DNA of 64,000 nt from Candidatus Latescibacterota bacterium (GTDB lineage Bacteria; Latescibacterota; CBDEFO01), in contig OZ252149.1 of the NCBI GenBank assembly GCA_965248755.1, positions 3,296,001-3,360,000 on the forward strand, given 5' to 3'. Under the pieces are notes generated by a model, which saw nothing but the letters and a program-made list of their open reading frames with translations, made no database searches and had not been told where the DNA came from. A program made the translations under genes and the position numbers. Positions 9,393 through 19,003 of the stretch are shown piece after piece. Each line of letters begins with the position of its first letter. Position 1 is the first letter of the stretch.

Positions 9393-9505
9393 AGTAGCTT
9401 CCTCCCGCTTTGTAAATGATGTATTTCTTTACCCCTTATGATTCAATCCGCTGCGAGAGGTCAGGCCTGAACAGGTTCCTCTGATCCACAGCATAGTGAC
9501 CCAGT

Positions 9506-9534
9506 ATGTTAAACCACTTGCTCCGAGTTGTCAA
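9506..9534 (-). promoter_or_regulatory. Sigma70-type promoter for the TonB receptor/PQQ dehydrogenase cluster
   Basis: TTGACA-N17-TAACAT on the minus strand. Confidence 0.65.
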
Positions 9535-9721
9535 GTAAATATGAGAAATTCCTTATGTGGCAAATTAAGTGTTCACTACTCTCTGACTTAAGAGAGTTCC
9601 TACATAACTCCCTACTCCTATTTCTGCGCCAATCAGATGAGACGTCACAGGGTAAACCTGGAAGGAGGGTTCAAGAATATTCAGAAGGAAACCGGACAAC
9701 AGGAATTGAACTACAGGCATC

Positions 9722-9750
9722 TTGACAAAACTTATCGGATATATTAAATT
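9722..9750 (+). promoter_or_regulatory. Sigma70-type promoter
   Basis: TTGACA-N17-TAAATT about 70 nt upstream of ATG 9819. Confidence 0.65.
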
Positions 9751-9818
9751 TATGCTGAATCCTTGCGAGGGGGTGTGCACTAAAGCAAGTAGGCGGTAGA
9801 CAATAGATAAGGAAACAA

Positions 9819-11108
9819 ATGGAGAGAAGAGATTTCCTTAAAACTGCCCTTGCCGGATCGGCCGGCATCGGACTTGGCAATTATGCAGAGAGCTTTGCCA
9901 AAAGTTACTATACTTTAGGAGACGATATGGACAAGAAAAAGATAGCCGCTATCATCACCACTTACTTTGGGAACTCCCACGCGGATGTGATCGTCACCAA
10001 GTTCATGAAGGGATTCCCAACCGATGAGGGTTTGAAAGAACCTAAATTGGAATTGGCCTCGATATATCTGGATCAGATCCACGAAAAAGATGTAGGACAG
10101 AAGCTGGCAGCAGAGCACAATGTCCCTATCTATCAGAGCATTCGGGACGCGCTTACGTTGGGAGGGGATAAGCTGGCAGTAGACGGCGTGCTCTTAATCG
10201 GAGAGCACGGTGATTATCCTTCCAATGAGAAGGGTCAGCACATGTTTCCCAGGCGCTACTTTTTCGAGCAGATCTGCGGAGTCTTTGCCTCCAGCGGAAA
10301 ATCGGTGCCTGTGTTCAACGACAAGCATCTATCCTACAACTGGGATGACGCCCTATGGATGTATGAGAGAGCGCAGGAGTTGGATGTCCCACTGATGGCT
10401 GGATCGTCTGTTCCCCTGGCCTGGAGAAATCCTCAACTGGAATTTGAGTTAGGTACACCCGTACAGGAAGCGTTAGTAATCTCATACTCAGGGGTTGAGA
10501 TATACGGCATTCACGCCCTTGAGAACCTTCAGTGTATGGTGGAGCGTAGAAGTGGGGGGGAGACGGGAATAGCGGCGGTTCAGTGCCTTGAGGGGGAGGA
10601 TGTCTGGAGTGCCCGCAGTGAGGGTCTCTGGTCGCGGAAGCTGGAGGAGGCCGCCTCTTCTGCGATAGTTGACAAACCCCCGGGGGATATGCGGGAACAC
10701 TGTCCAAATCCGGCGGCTTTTATGATCGAATATAGAGATGGCCTCAAAGCTACAATACTGATGCTTTTGGGCTATATCTATGATTTTTCGTTTGCGGGGC
10801 TCTCTGATGGAGAGGTACTGGCAACGGAATTTTATATTCAAAACCAGCCGCCCCATGGAAACTTCAGCTATCTGTCTTTAAACATACAGGAGATGTTTTT
10901 GACGGGAAAGCCCCAGTATCGGGTAGAAAGGACACTTTTGACGACGGGGGCGATAGATTCCGTGATGAACTCGAGGTATCAGGGCTACAGCAGAGTGGAG
11001 ACGCCTCATCTGGACGTGGTGTATGGCCCTTCAGAGAAGCAGATCATAAGACCGACCGGGACTCGCCCGTCAGGGGCGACACTGGATCCGTGGCCCCCTG
11101 AAGGATAG
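9819..11108 (+). CDS. Conserved hypothetical oxidoreductase-like protein with twin-arginine (Tat) signal
   Basis: N-terminal RRDFLK plus hydrophobic stretch; Gfo/Idh/MocA-like remote features (VDGVLLIGEHGDYP, VFNDKHLS, MAGSSVP, YGIHALE). A second ATG at 9927 has its own AGGAG RBS. Confidence 0.75.
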   Translation: MERRDFLKTALAGSAGIGLGNYAESFAKSYYTLGDDMDKKKIAAIITTYFGNSHADVIVTKFMKGFPTDEGLKEPKLELASIYLDQIHEKDVGQKLAAEHNVPIYQSIRDALTLGGDKLAVDGVLLIGEHGDYPSNEKGQHMFPRRYFFEQICGVFASSGKSVPVFNDKHLSYNWDDALWMYERAQELDVPLMAGSSVPLAWRNPQLEFELGTPVQEALVISYSGVEIYGIHALENLQCMVERRSGGETGIAAVQCLEGEDVWSARSEGLWSRKLEEAASSAIVDKPPGDMREHCPNPAAFMIEYRDGLKATILMLLGYIYDFSFAGLSDGEVLATEFYIQNQPPHGNFSYLSLNIQEMFLTGKPQYRVERTLLTTGAIDSVMNSRYQGYSRVETPHLDVVYGPSEKQIIRPTGTRPSGATLDPWPPEG

Positions 11109-11117
11109 ATACCTCCT

Positions 11118-11500
11118 ATTCATATAGACTGCTACGGCCCCGACAGGCGAACCCGCACCTCTTCTGATCTTGAGAGGAAAAGCGATAAATCTGAATCTGC
11201 CCACGCCCAGAACTTTATCAAAATTCACAAGGTTCTCATAGTGTGTAAAGACCATCTGTCCGCAGAATCTATGGACATCCTCGTTGGATACGCCCGGAAT
11301 GCCCGGCCCTGGCGAATCTACTGCAAAGGCAGTAATCTTCTTATGTCCGAACCCCCGGGCCGCGTCGGCCGATATCCCCGCCCAGTCGGTGGTGAAAGCA
11401 GGCGTACATCCTTCTGTGGTGACCTGTGTGGAGCAACATCGCATCTCTTTCCCTCACATCGAGGGGGTCCTGATGCAGAGCCTGCTCGATGTCGGGCACT
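11118..11500 (-). pseudogene. Degraded cyclase-family (kynurenine formamidase-like) gene, 3' fragment
   Basis: AVDSPGPG...HYENLVNFDKVLGVGRFRFIAFPLKIRRGAGSPVGAVAV is the cyclase C-terminal signature; the 5' part is scrambled or missing. Confidence 0.65.
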
Positions 11501-11595
11501 TCGATAAGTCCCTTAGACGCTAAATAAGTATAGATACGGACATGTGCTATCAGTGCAAAATATGGAAAGATCCATTTATCGCAACATATGTATAC

Positions 11596-11768
11596 GTTGG
11601 GGTGAGGTCGACTCGACCCAAGGGCCCGAACACCTCTTGCAGTTAATTCAAGTTGCTTATTGAGGCCTCATAGAGGCGAACCCATGTGTCCCCCATGCCT
11701 GGAGGGCAGAAACGCGTCCCCCCCGATAGATTCAATCGAGGGTAGAAGCATTCGGGGACTGCCCCTAT
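11596..11768 (+). repeat. Composite REP-like repeat containing nested palindromic micro-elements
   Basis: GGGGTGAGGTCGACTCGACCC, then TAGAGGCGAACCCATGTGT...GGGCAGAAACGC[nested CCCCGATAGATTCAATCGAGG / TAGAAGCATTCGGGGAC]TGCCCCTATA; same layout as 35545..35716. Confidence 0.7.
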
Positions 11769-11862
11769 AGATGTTCCGTGTGAGATAGATTCTTGAAAAG
11801 TGCGATCTTTCCAAGTCACAAAATGATCCTGATATTTTGTGACCAAGATGAGTATTTTCCTG

Positions 11863-11892
11863 TTGACATGCCCCACACAGATAAAGTACCTT
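11863..11892 (+). promoter_or_regulatory. Possible sigma70 promoter for the catabolic cluster
   Basis: TTGACA-N18-TACCTT. Confidence 0.45.
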
Positions 11893-12061
11893 ATACCTGT
11901 CAGCGTCTTGTCTTACTGTTGAAGTACGGGACAGTGTATGGATTCTATTTTGGTTTGCAACGATGCTCCAGTAAAACGATCAGAAGTGTCCCGAATACAA
12001 CAGCAACTCAGCTGCAATTACCTTAGCCTTGATCCGATACCGGGTTCAAGAGTCGAGTTAA

Positions 12062-12103
12062 TCCCCGATTGAACCCCCGATTGACTCTATCGGGGGGCGG
12101 GGA
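12062..12103 (-). repeat. Self-nested palindromic micro-element (two copies, one inside the other)
   Basis: TCCCCGATTGAA[CCCCCGATTGACTCTATCGGGGG]GCGGGGA. Confidence 0.8.
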
Positions 12104-12149
12104 ATCGCCTAAGCCCGTCAGGTACGGGAATGAGAAAGGAAGGAAACTA

Positions 12150-13052
12150 ATGTGCGCTACACCCAAACTGGCCTGTGGAATACTTCCGGCACTCTGTACC
12201 CCCTTCGATGACAGCGGCCAGCACCTGGCCCTAGACCGAGTTCCTCCTCTGCTACGCGCACTGCTGGACGCAGGCTCCACTGGCTTCTTCGTCTGCGGCA
12301 GTACGGGAGAGGGCGGGGACATGAGCGTGGCAGAGCGGAAGCAGATGGCCGAAGTCGTGGTCAGAGAGGTGGCCGGAGATGTGCCGATTATCCTCCAGGT
12401 GGGAGCGACCAGCTTGGAGAACGCCGTGGAACTTGCCAAGCACGGGGCTGAGATCGGAGCGGATGCTGTCGCCTCCGTGGCCCCCATCGACACGCCCAAC
12501 GATCTACCGGCAGCAATTGAGCACTACAGCGCTATTGGCGCTGCCACCGATCTGCCCTTCTATGTCTACTGGCTAGCCCGCACCGCGGACAGTTCCGTCA
12601 CGGTCCCGCAGTTCCTGGAGGCCATGAATTCCGTGCCCAACTTCACGGGGATCAAGTTCACCGATAATGACTTGTACCTGTTTCAGCAGTTGGTGGACCT
12701 TTCGGAAGGTCGGATCAACGCCATCTCCGGACCGGACCAGATGTGTCTGGCCGCTATGGTCATGGGCAGCGATGGAGCCATCGGCTCGACCTATAACATC
12801 ATGCCGCGCCTCTTCGTCCAGATGCACAAGAGCTTCGAGGCCGGTGACATCCGCCAGGCCATGCTGGCCCAGACGAAGGCCAATAGGGTCATTGCCCCGA
12901 TCTTTGAAGCAGGCGCAATGGCCGCTATCAAGGCCATGCTTGGATGGCGCGGTACCCCGGTGGGTCCACCCCGCAATTTCCCACCGCTCTCACCTGCTGG
13001 AGAGTCCCAACTGCGCCGTTCCCTCGATGCCCTGGATTTTGAAGTGGTATGA
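12150..13052 (+). CDS. DapA/NanA family lyase (N-acetylneuraminate lyase-like)
   Basis: GSTGE, YVY, GIKFT (Schiff-base Lys) and GAIGSTYN motifs; ATG 12150 preceded by AAGGAAGGA. Confidence 0.85.
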   Translation: MCATPKLACGILPALCTPFDDSGQHLALDRVPPLLRALLDAGSTGFFVCGSTGEGGDMSVAERKQMAEVVVREVAGDVPIILQVGATSLENAVELAKHGAEIGADAVASVAPIDTPNDLPAAIEHYSAIGAATDLPFYVYWLARTADSSVTVPQFLEAMNSVPNFTGIKFTDNDLYLFQQLVDLSEGRINAISGPDQMCLAAMVMGSDGAIGSTYNIMPRLFVQMHKSFEAGDIRQAMLAQTKANRVIAPIFEAGAMAAIKAMLGWRGTPVGPPRNFPPLSPAGESQLRRSLDALDFEVV

Positions 13053-13479
13053 GTATCCTGATGGACGTTACATACCACTTAGCTCTGTTATTCCGGTTGT
13101 GTGTATCGTGCCATTAAACACCTGTACATCGCTCACTTTACCTAAATTTGTATCTGCAGATGAATAATTTTGGGATTGCATTGGAGAAAAAACATTTATA
13201 TTTTATATCGGTTCGAAAGGATTATGCGGTTCAAAAACCCTCTCCAGTGCCCAGAAGTCGATCAGGTAAAATGGACGAAATCCACCGCCGCCTTCAGTTT
13301 AACCCGAGCAGCTTCGAGCATCCTGGGGTGTTCGTCTCGTCTGGTACCGCAAGCCGAGCGTCGGCAGCGTGCAGAACTCAACAAGGGACTGGATCATCCC
13401 AGTACAGTTTCCGTAGAATTCGGTGGAATTCTCCGCTGCAGGGGTCAAAGTGCATCTGATATAGGCCAAGGAGGAGCAT

Positions 13480-14571
13480 TTGCCAATTAAAAAGTATAGA
13501 GTTGCTGTCGTAGGCGGTGCGGGAACCTGGGGACGCAACTTTCTGCGTGCCTACGCCAACCATCCGGACTGTGAGATCGTGGCCTTAGTGGATCGCTCCC
13601 GGAACCGCCGACAGGACTTTGCCAACCACTACGGTATCCAGATGGTCTACGACACTGTGGATGAGCTATTGGCCAGAGATATTCCTGATATCGTCTCCCT
13701 TATTCTGCCGGTGTCTCAGACTTATAGCGCGGTGATCGCCTGCGCGGAGGCTGGAATAAAGGTGGTCTCGTGCGAGAAGCCTATAGCCGCAGAGCTTGCC
13801 CGTGCCGATGAAATTGTGCGCATATGCCGCGAACGCGGAACCGCTTTAGGCTGCGGGGACGCCCACTGGTTTGTTCCATATCTGCCGCAGGTCGTCGACT
13901 GGATCCGGGCCGGAAACATCGGCCGGCTCACCGCCGCGGCTATTCCAGGTGGACTGCCGCGCGAGGTATCGGGAGGTGGATGCCATCTGCTTACTATGAT
14001 GCGTTTCGTCACTGGAATGGAAGTGGAATGGGTCGAGGGCTGGACGCTGCCACCTGAGCCGGGATTCCGCGCAGAGGAAGCGGCGGACAGAGAGGTTGAC
14101 TGTCCCGCTTATGGCCGCCTGGGACTGTCCACCGGGATTATCTGTGAGATCCCTCAGCCACGTCCTGAACAACCAGTGCCCTGCGAGGTCGCGGTCACCG
14201 GTGAGAACGGTCAGGTGTGGATCACCCCACCCAGGCCAGTTCTTATTCAGGGGGACGGAGCTCTTTCGACCCCGGTCTATCCTGAGTTTTTTGACGCTCC
14301 CTGGTTTGACGACCCCTTTATACCTGTTATCGAGCGGCTCATGCGGGCTTTTGACACGGGCCAGGAGGTTGAGTGCAGCGGACACGACTACCGCCACGCA
14401 CTGGAAATCGCCATTGCCCTGAACCTTTCATCGCAGCGCGGTCACCGGCGTATTGCTCTGCCTTTGGAAGACCGCTCTCTTAAGATCTTCCCCCATCCAT
14501 ACCGTCTGAAAGGCGGTGATGTGGCTGGCTGGGAGAGCATCGGCTATACAGGCCCGCCGCAGATTCCGTAG
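13480..14571 (+). CDS. Gfo/Idh/MocA family oxidoreductase
   Basis: RVAVVGGAGTWG Rossmann motif and CEKPIA; TTG start with AGGAGGAG RBS. Confidence 0.88.
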   Translation: MPIKKYRVAVVGGAGTWGRNFLRAYANHPDCEIVALVDRSRNRRQDFANHYGIQMVYDTVDELLARDIPDIVSLILPVSQTYSAVIACAEAGIKVVSCEKPIAAELARADEIVRICRERGTALGCGDAHWFVPYLPQVVDWIRAGNIGRLTAAAIPGGLPREVSGGGCHLLTMMRFVTGMEVEWVEGWTLPPEPGFRAEEAADREVDCPAYGRLGLSTGIICEIPQPRPEQPVPCEVAVTGENGQVWITPPRPVLIQGDGALSTPVYPEFFDAPWFDDPFIPVIERLMRAFDTGQEVECSGHDYRHALEIAIALNLSSQRGHRRIALPLEDRSLKIFPHPYRLKGGDVAGWESIGYTGPPQIP

Positions 14572-14708
14572 GCTTTTTATGTCCTGATTTCCCCGTTACG
14601 AGACCCGTACGGGAGAGATACAAGATAGAGCGTTATCTGCAGTTGGCCTCGGATATTGTCTTGACGTATGTGGAACTGGTCATCAAGGACTAAAAGAGGG
14701 AGAAAGTT

Positions 14709-15782
14709 ATGAGCCAGATCAAACACCGGGTGGCTATTATAGGCTGCGGTCGCCTGGGACAGGTATATGCCGAGGCCTATACGACATATCCGGACTGTGA
14801 GATCGTCGCCATCGCAGAGTACAACCCAGAGCGCCGCAAGACTGTGGGTGAGCGCTTCGCTGTGTCCGCCCTCTATGCGGACGCCTCCGCCCTGCTCAGG
14901 GATATTGTCCCGGACATCGCGGCGGTGGTGACGCCTACAAAGCATATGAAGGAGGCAGTGATCGCCTGTGCCGAGGCCGGCGTGAAAGGTGTGTCCACGG
15001 ACAAGCCGATCGCGGCTATGCTTTCGGATGCGGACGAGATGGTGGAGACCTGTGAAGACCGCGGTGTGGTATTCTCCGGGGGGAACCTACAGCGAGCCAT
15101 GCACGAAGTGCAGGCGGCCGGACGTAGCCTCCGTTCCGGGGAGTTCGGGGAGTTGTCAGGTGCAAGTGTGCATGGGTTCGGCGGCGAGATATCCGGAAGT
15201 TGTTGCCATCACATCTCGGTGCTGAGACTCTTTACGGATGCTGAGGTAGACGAGGTAACGGCCTGGGGGACGCCGCCGGAGGCTCTGGAAAAAGACGACG
15301 AAGGTGGTTTGATTATTCACGGCCTGTTTCACCTTACATCAGGCATCGAATGTGCAGTCTTTGGCTCTAGCACTTCCTCCCGGGGTGTGGACGTCTGGAA
15401 TGAAGAGGCGCTGGTTCGCTGGGACTGGGCGCCGCCGGAGATATTTCAGGGCTATGATGCCAACGGCGCCCGCATCCGCATCGATCCTGGATATGAGCCA
15501 TACGACTGGAGCGAGTTCTCTTATCTGACCGGATCCATCCGATCTTTCCTGGCGGCTGTGGAGACCGGGAGCGAGCTGTGGATATCGGGGCATGATCTCA
15601 GGCAGGCATTGGAGGTGGCTATCGCTGCTAAACTCTCAGCCCAATTAGGAAATGTCCCCGTAAAGCTGCCCCTGAAAGATCGTTCCCTGGTTCTGTATCC
15701 GCGCCCTTATCGATGGGCCGGGGGTGACGCAGTCGGAAGCCCGCAGTCAGTTGAAGAGGCAGCAGGTCTCACTAACCAATAG
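14709..15782 (+). CDS. Gfo/Idh/MocA family oxidoreductase (paralog of the upstream gene)
   Basis: RVAIIGCGRLG and TDKPIA; shared C-terminal LPLxDRSL...PYR motif. Confidence 0.88.
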   Translation: MSQIKHRVAIIGCGRLGQVYAEAYTTYPDCEIVAIAEYNPERRKTVGERFAVSALYADASALLRDIVPDIAAVVTPTKHMKEAVIACAEAGVKGVSTDKPIAAMLSDADEMVETCEDRGVVFSGGNLQRAMHEVQAAGRSLRSGEFGELSGASVHGFGGEISGSCCHHISVLRLFTDAEVDEVTAWGTPPEALEKDDEGGLIIHGLFHLTSGIECAVFGSSTSSRGVDVWNEEALVRWDWAPPEIFQGYDANGARIRIDPGYEPYDWSEFSYLTGSIRSFLAAVETGSELWISGHDLRQALEVAIAAKLSAQLGNVPVKLPLKDRSLVLYPRPYRWAGGDAVGSPQSVEEAAGLTNQ

Positions 15783-15797
15783 AGGAGGGAGAGGACT

Positions 15798-17414
15798 ATG
15801 AGCCGCGAAAAGGAGGTTGTCTTCTACACCGATGGCAGGCATACATCGGTCTATATCTACGAACCGCCGATGGATGAGCGTATCTACACCGCACCTATCG
15901 ATGAGCTGGTAGATCTGGGGATTGACACCATCACCTACGCTGTGGGGGACTGCCGGGTTCTGCTCTACGACACCAAGGCCGGCGAGCGCTGGGGCCACAA
16001 TGTCAAGAAGACCAACCAAATCATCTTTTACCGCGCAGGCCTGAATCTGGAGCAGTTCATCGCAGATGGCCGTGATCCGCTCAGGGTGGTCTGCCAGCGG
16101 GCCCACGATCTGGGATTCAGCTTTATGCCCAGCCTTCTGTTGGCGATGCAGCACCAGGAACCCGCCGAGGTGACGGACTGCCGCTGCTCAGATTTCTGCT
16201 TTGAGCATCCCGAGTACCAGGTGGGACGCGAGCCGGATTTTCCCGAGGCGCGCTGGGATGATCCCGCCCGCTTCTCCTACGCCATCCCCGAAGTCCGCCA
16301 GAATCGCCTGGCTGTGATCGAAGAACTGGTATCGGCCTATGACACGGACGGCATCGAGCTGAATGTTTTGGATTATGCCCCTTTCCTGGCGCGCCGGGAG
16401 ATCGAGGAGCACACTGATACCTTCACTCAGTTTGTTGGAGAGGTCCGGAGCTTATGCGATAAGGCGGCTGAACAACAGGGCAGGGAGAAGCGTCTTTTGG
16501 TCCGCGCCGCCGCCAGCATGGAGGGAAGCAAGGCCCTGGGGATCGATCTGGAGACAATGATCCGGGAGCAGATCGTGGATACAGTGCTGGCGATGCCACC
16601 TCACAAATTGGGGTTAATGGAGCAGCATCCCGCCGGCATCGCTGAACTGATAGAGGCAGCCCGCGGCAGAGATGTCAAGATCATACAGGGTATTTCCAAC
16701 ATTATCCGCCACGATGCCTTTCAAAATGCCACACGTGAAATGCAGGCAGCCCAGGCAAGCAATGGCTATCGCGAGGGCGCCCATGGTGTCTTCTTCTCTA
16801 CTTACTATCCATCCGGATATCCCTATTCAGATGCGGACTTTGAGACCGTCCGCTATATGGGACATCCCGAACTACTGGCGCACAAGGACAAGCATTTTGC
16901 TGCGCGACAGGGTCCAAATGGGCCTGAGGATACGGCTGGAGACTATCTATCACCAAATCCGCTTCCCGTCGAACTGAAGGTAGGAGAACAGGGTGCGCCG
17001 CAGACTCTCTATGTCAGCGATGATCTGTCTGCAAAGAAGGAACTGGGCGAGCTGTCCAGGTGCGAACTGCGGGTCCGCATCCTCTCGCTGATACATAGCG
17101 ACACCTTTGATCTATGGCTGAATGACGAGCAGATCCCTCGCCAGCATCAGGAATGGCTCGACTGGACTTACTCCGTACGGCCCGTACCCGGCAACATCCG
17201 GCTCATTGATACCTACTGGATAACCGTTGATTTGCTGAGATTGGTCCCGCTGCCGTCACCAGGAGATAATACCATCCGGGTCGATCTGAAGAGCCGCGAC
17301 CCGCGCTGTGTACCACCTGTTCTGCTGCACGATGTGGAACTCGTAGTGGAGTACCGACATCATCGGCACGCGCCGCGCCGGGACGAATGGTGGCAGGATT
17401 CACGACAGAGATAG
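15798..17414 (+). CDS. Hypothetical glycoside-hydrolase-like TIM-barrel protein (GHL10-like) with C-terminal beta domain
   Basis: GRDPLRVVCQRAHDLG, FCFEHPEY, FSYAIPEVRQNRLAVIEELVSAYDTDGIEL; no signal peptide. Confidence 0.6.
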   Translation: MSREKEVVFYTDGRHTSVYIYEPPMDERIYTAPIDELVDLGIDTITYAVGDCRVLLYDTKAGERWGHNVKKTNQIIFYRAGLNLEQFIADGRDPLRVVCQRAHDLGFSFMPSLLLAMQHQEPAEVTDCRCSDFCFEHPEYQVGREPDFPEARWDDPARFSYAIPEVRQNRLAVIEELVSAYDTDGIELNVLDYAPFLARREIEEHTDTFTQFVGEVRSLCDKAAEQQGREKRLLVRAAASMEGSKALGIDLETMIREQIVDTVLAMPPHKLGLMEQHPAGIAELIEAARGRDVKIIQGISNIIRHDAFQNATREMQAAQASNGYREGAHGVFFSTYYPSGYPYSDADFETVRYMGHPELLAHKDKHFAARQGPNGPEDTAGDYLSPNPLPVELKVGEQGAPQTLYVSDDLSAKKELGELSRCELRVRILSLIHSDTFDLWLNDEQIPRQHQEWLDWTYSVRPVPGNIRLIDTYWITVDLLRLVPLPSPGDNTIRVDLKSRDPRCVPPVLLHDVELVVEYRHHRHAPRRDEWWQDSRQR

Positions 17415-17467
17415 AAACCGCAGCCAGAAGACTATTACCAACAAAAAATATCGATAGGGGGACTCTC

Positions 17468-18727
17468 ATGAGAATCACCGAAATTGAGCCTATTTCCCTG
17501 CATGTGCCCTACGAGGCACGCATTCGCAGGAAGTTTTACCATTTCGCTATGACTGAAGAGGTGACGGTCTACAAATTTCATACCGATTCGGGTCTTATCG
17601 GCCTGGGCGAAAACATAGGTGCCCCTTACGGGCAGAATCAGCTAAACGCATATCTCGGCACTGATCCGTTTGATCATGTAATGGGCCAGGGGCTTTTCAA
17701 CCTCGACATGGCCTGCTATGATCTGATGGGCAAGCACCTGGACCTTCCGGCCTGGAAACTGATGGGCCAGCAGGTGCGGCAATGGGTGGCCATGGGTTGG
17801 TGGATGCCATGTATGTCCCCTGAAGACAGTGCCGCCGAAGTTCAGGTGGCTGCAGAACGCGGGTACCGCGGGCTCAAATGCAAGGCCAGGGCATTCTACG
17901 ATGTAGTCGAGCAATCAGAGGCTATTCAGGAGATTGCACCGCCTGACTTTCGTGTGGAGTACGATTTCAACGGCTCGTTAATAAATGTGGAGAAGGCCCT
18001 GCCTATCCTGCGGAAATTGGAGAAGTTTCCGGTGGTCAAGGGCCTGGAAGAACCGATCTTCGCCCACGATGTCGAGGGTTGGCGCCGCCTCCACCGGGAG
18101 ATACGGATCCCATTCTACCTGCACGGTGTCCATGTCATCAGGCAGGGTGCGGATCGCGCCCCTTCGGGACCCTGGATCGGGCTCCGCGCGGGCGACTTCG
18201 AGGGGGCACTCTGTAGCCACGATTCGATCAAGGGCGCCCTTTCGGCCGGCTGGGTATTTACTGCGGCGAACACCCCTATTCTGCTGCAATATGTGGGCAC
18301 CGGAATTACCACGGCATTTGCCTGCAATCTGGGAGCCGTGATGCCCACGGCCACCCTGCCGGCGGTGACGGCCAGCCACACCTATGAAGATGACCTGATC
18401 GTGGAGGCTCATACGGTGCAGCGGGGATTCATGAAGGTCCCTGAGGGGCCGGGACTGGGAGTGGAGTTAGATGAGGATGCGGTGAAGCGGTATTCGCAGA
18501 CTTCCGCACCCGAATGGCCCCGGCATATCTCCGTGGTTACCCTGACCGGAGGGCTAAAACACTACTACCGGAATTTGGGGCAGGCCGAAAATCTCATGAA
18601 GCTGGGGGTGGACGAATCCTACGCACCAGGTGTCAGACTGGGCGAATGGGAGGATGACGGCAGCGATAAATTTGACAGCCTCTGGAAGCGCCTGCAAGAG
18701 AGCGATTGGCCCGTATGGGAGGAGTAG
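17468..18727 (+). CDS. Mandelate racemase/muconate lactonizing enzyme (enolase superfamily) protein
   Basis: MRITEIE start, GLIGLGE, DMACYDLMGK, KxK (KCK), DFN, EEPI and VPEGPGLGVELD. Confidence 0.88.
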   Translation: MRITEIEPISLHVPYEARIRRKFYHFAMTEEVTVYKFHTDSGLIGLGENIGAPYGQNQLNAYLGTDPFDHVMGQGLFNLDMACYDLMGKHLDLPAWKLMGQQVRQWVAMGWWMPCMSPEDSAAEVQVAAERGYRGLKCKARAFYDVVEQSEAIQEIAPPDFRVEYDFNGSLINVEKALPILRKLEKFPVVKGLEEPIFAHDVEGWRRLHREIRIPFYLHGVHVIRQGADRAPSGPWIGLRAGDFEGALCSHDSIKGALSAGWVFTAANTPILLQYVGTGITTAFACNLGAVMPTATLPAVTASHTYEDDLIVEAHTVQRGFMKVPEGPGLGVELDEDAVKRYSQTSAPEWPRHISVVTLTGGLKHYYRNLGQAENLMKLGVDESYAPGVRLGEWEDDGSDKFDSLWKRLQESDWPVWEE

Positions 18728-19003
18728 AGAGTGGAGAATGCAGAGCGTCTGTATCTTTCCAGATGACATTGGGGTCGTTCTGCACCATCCTAACCCTGAG
18801 GATGTGACCGATGTTTACTGGGTAGTGGGTCGAGGCCCAAATATGAGGAGTTATATACGTTGTATGTCTACGTAATTACCCGACATCGAAATAACGCTAC
18901 GACTAACCGGAGCAACATTAAGTTTCGGTGACCTCAGACTGTATCAAGTAAAGTATAACTGCTTCGGTATATTGTTGAAGCATCAAAGACAAAGGAGAGG
19001 ATA

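Noticed and set aside
12069..12149. TTG-initiated extension of the NanA-like ORF
   Set aside because: It derives from the nested repeat; ATG 12150 has a proper RBS.
13170..13460. Possible gene or transposase remnant between the lyase and the first oxidoreductase
   Set aside because: No frame gave a motif I could identify.
18738..18875. 45-codon ORF with RBS after the enolase-family gene
   Set aside because: No recognisable family; probably a truncated remnant and not supportable as a gene.
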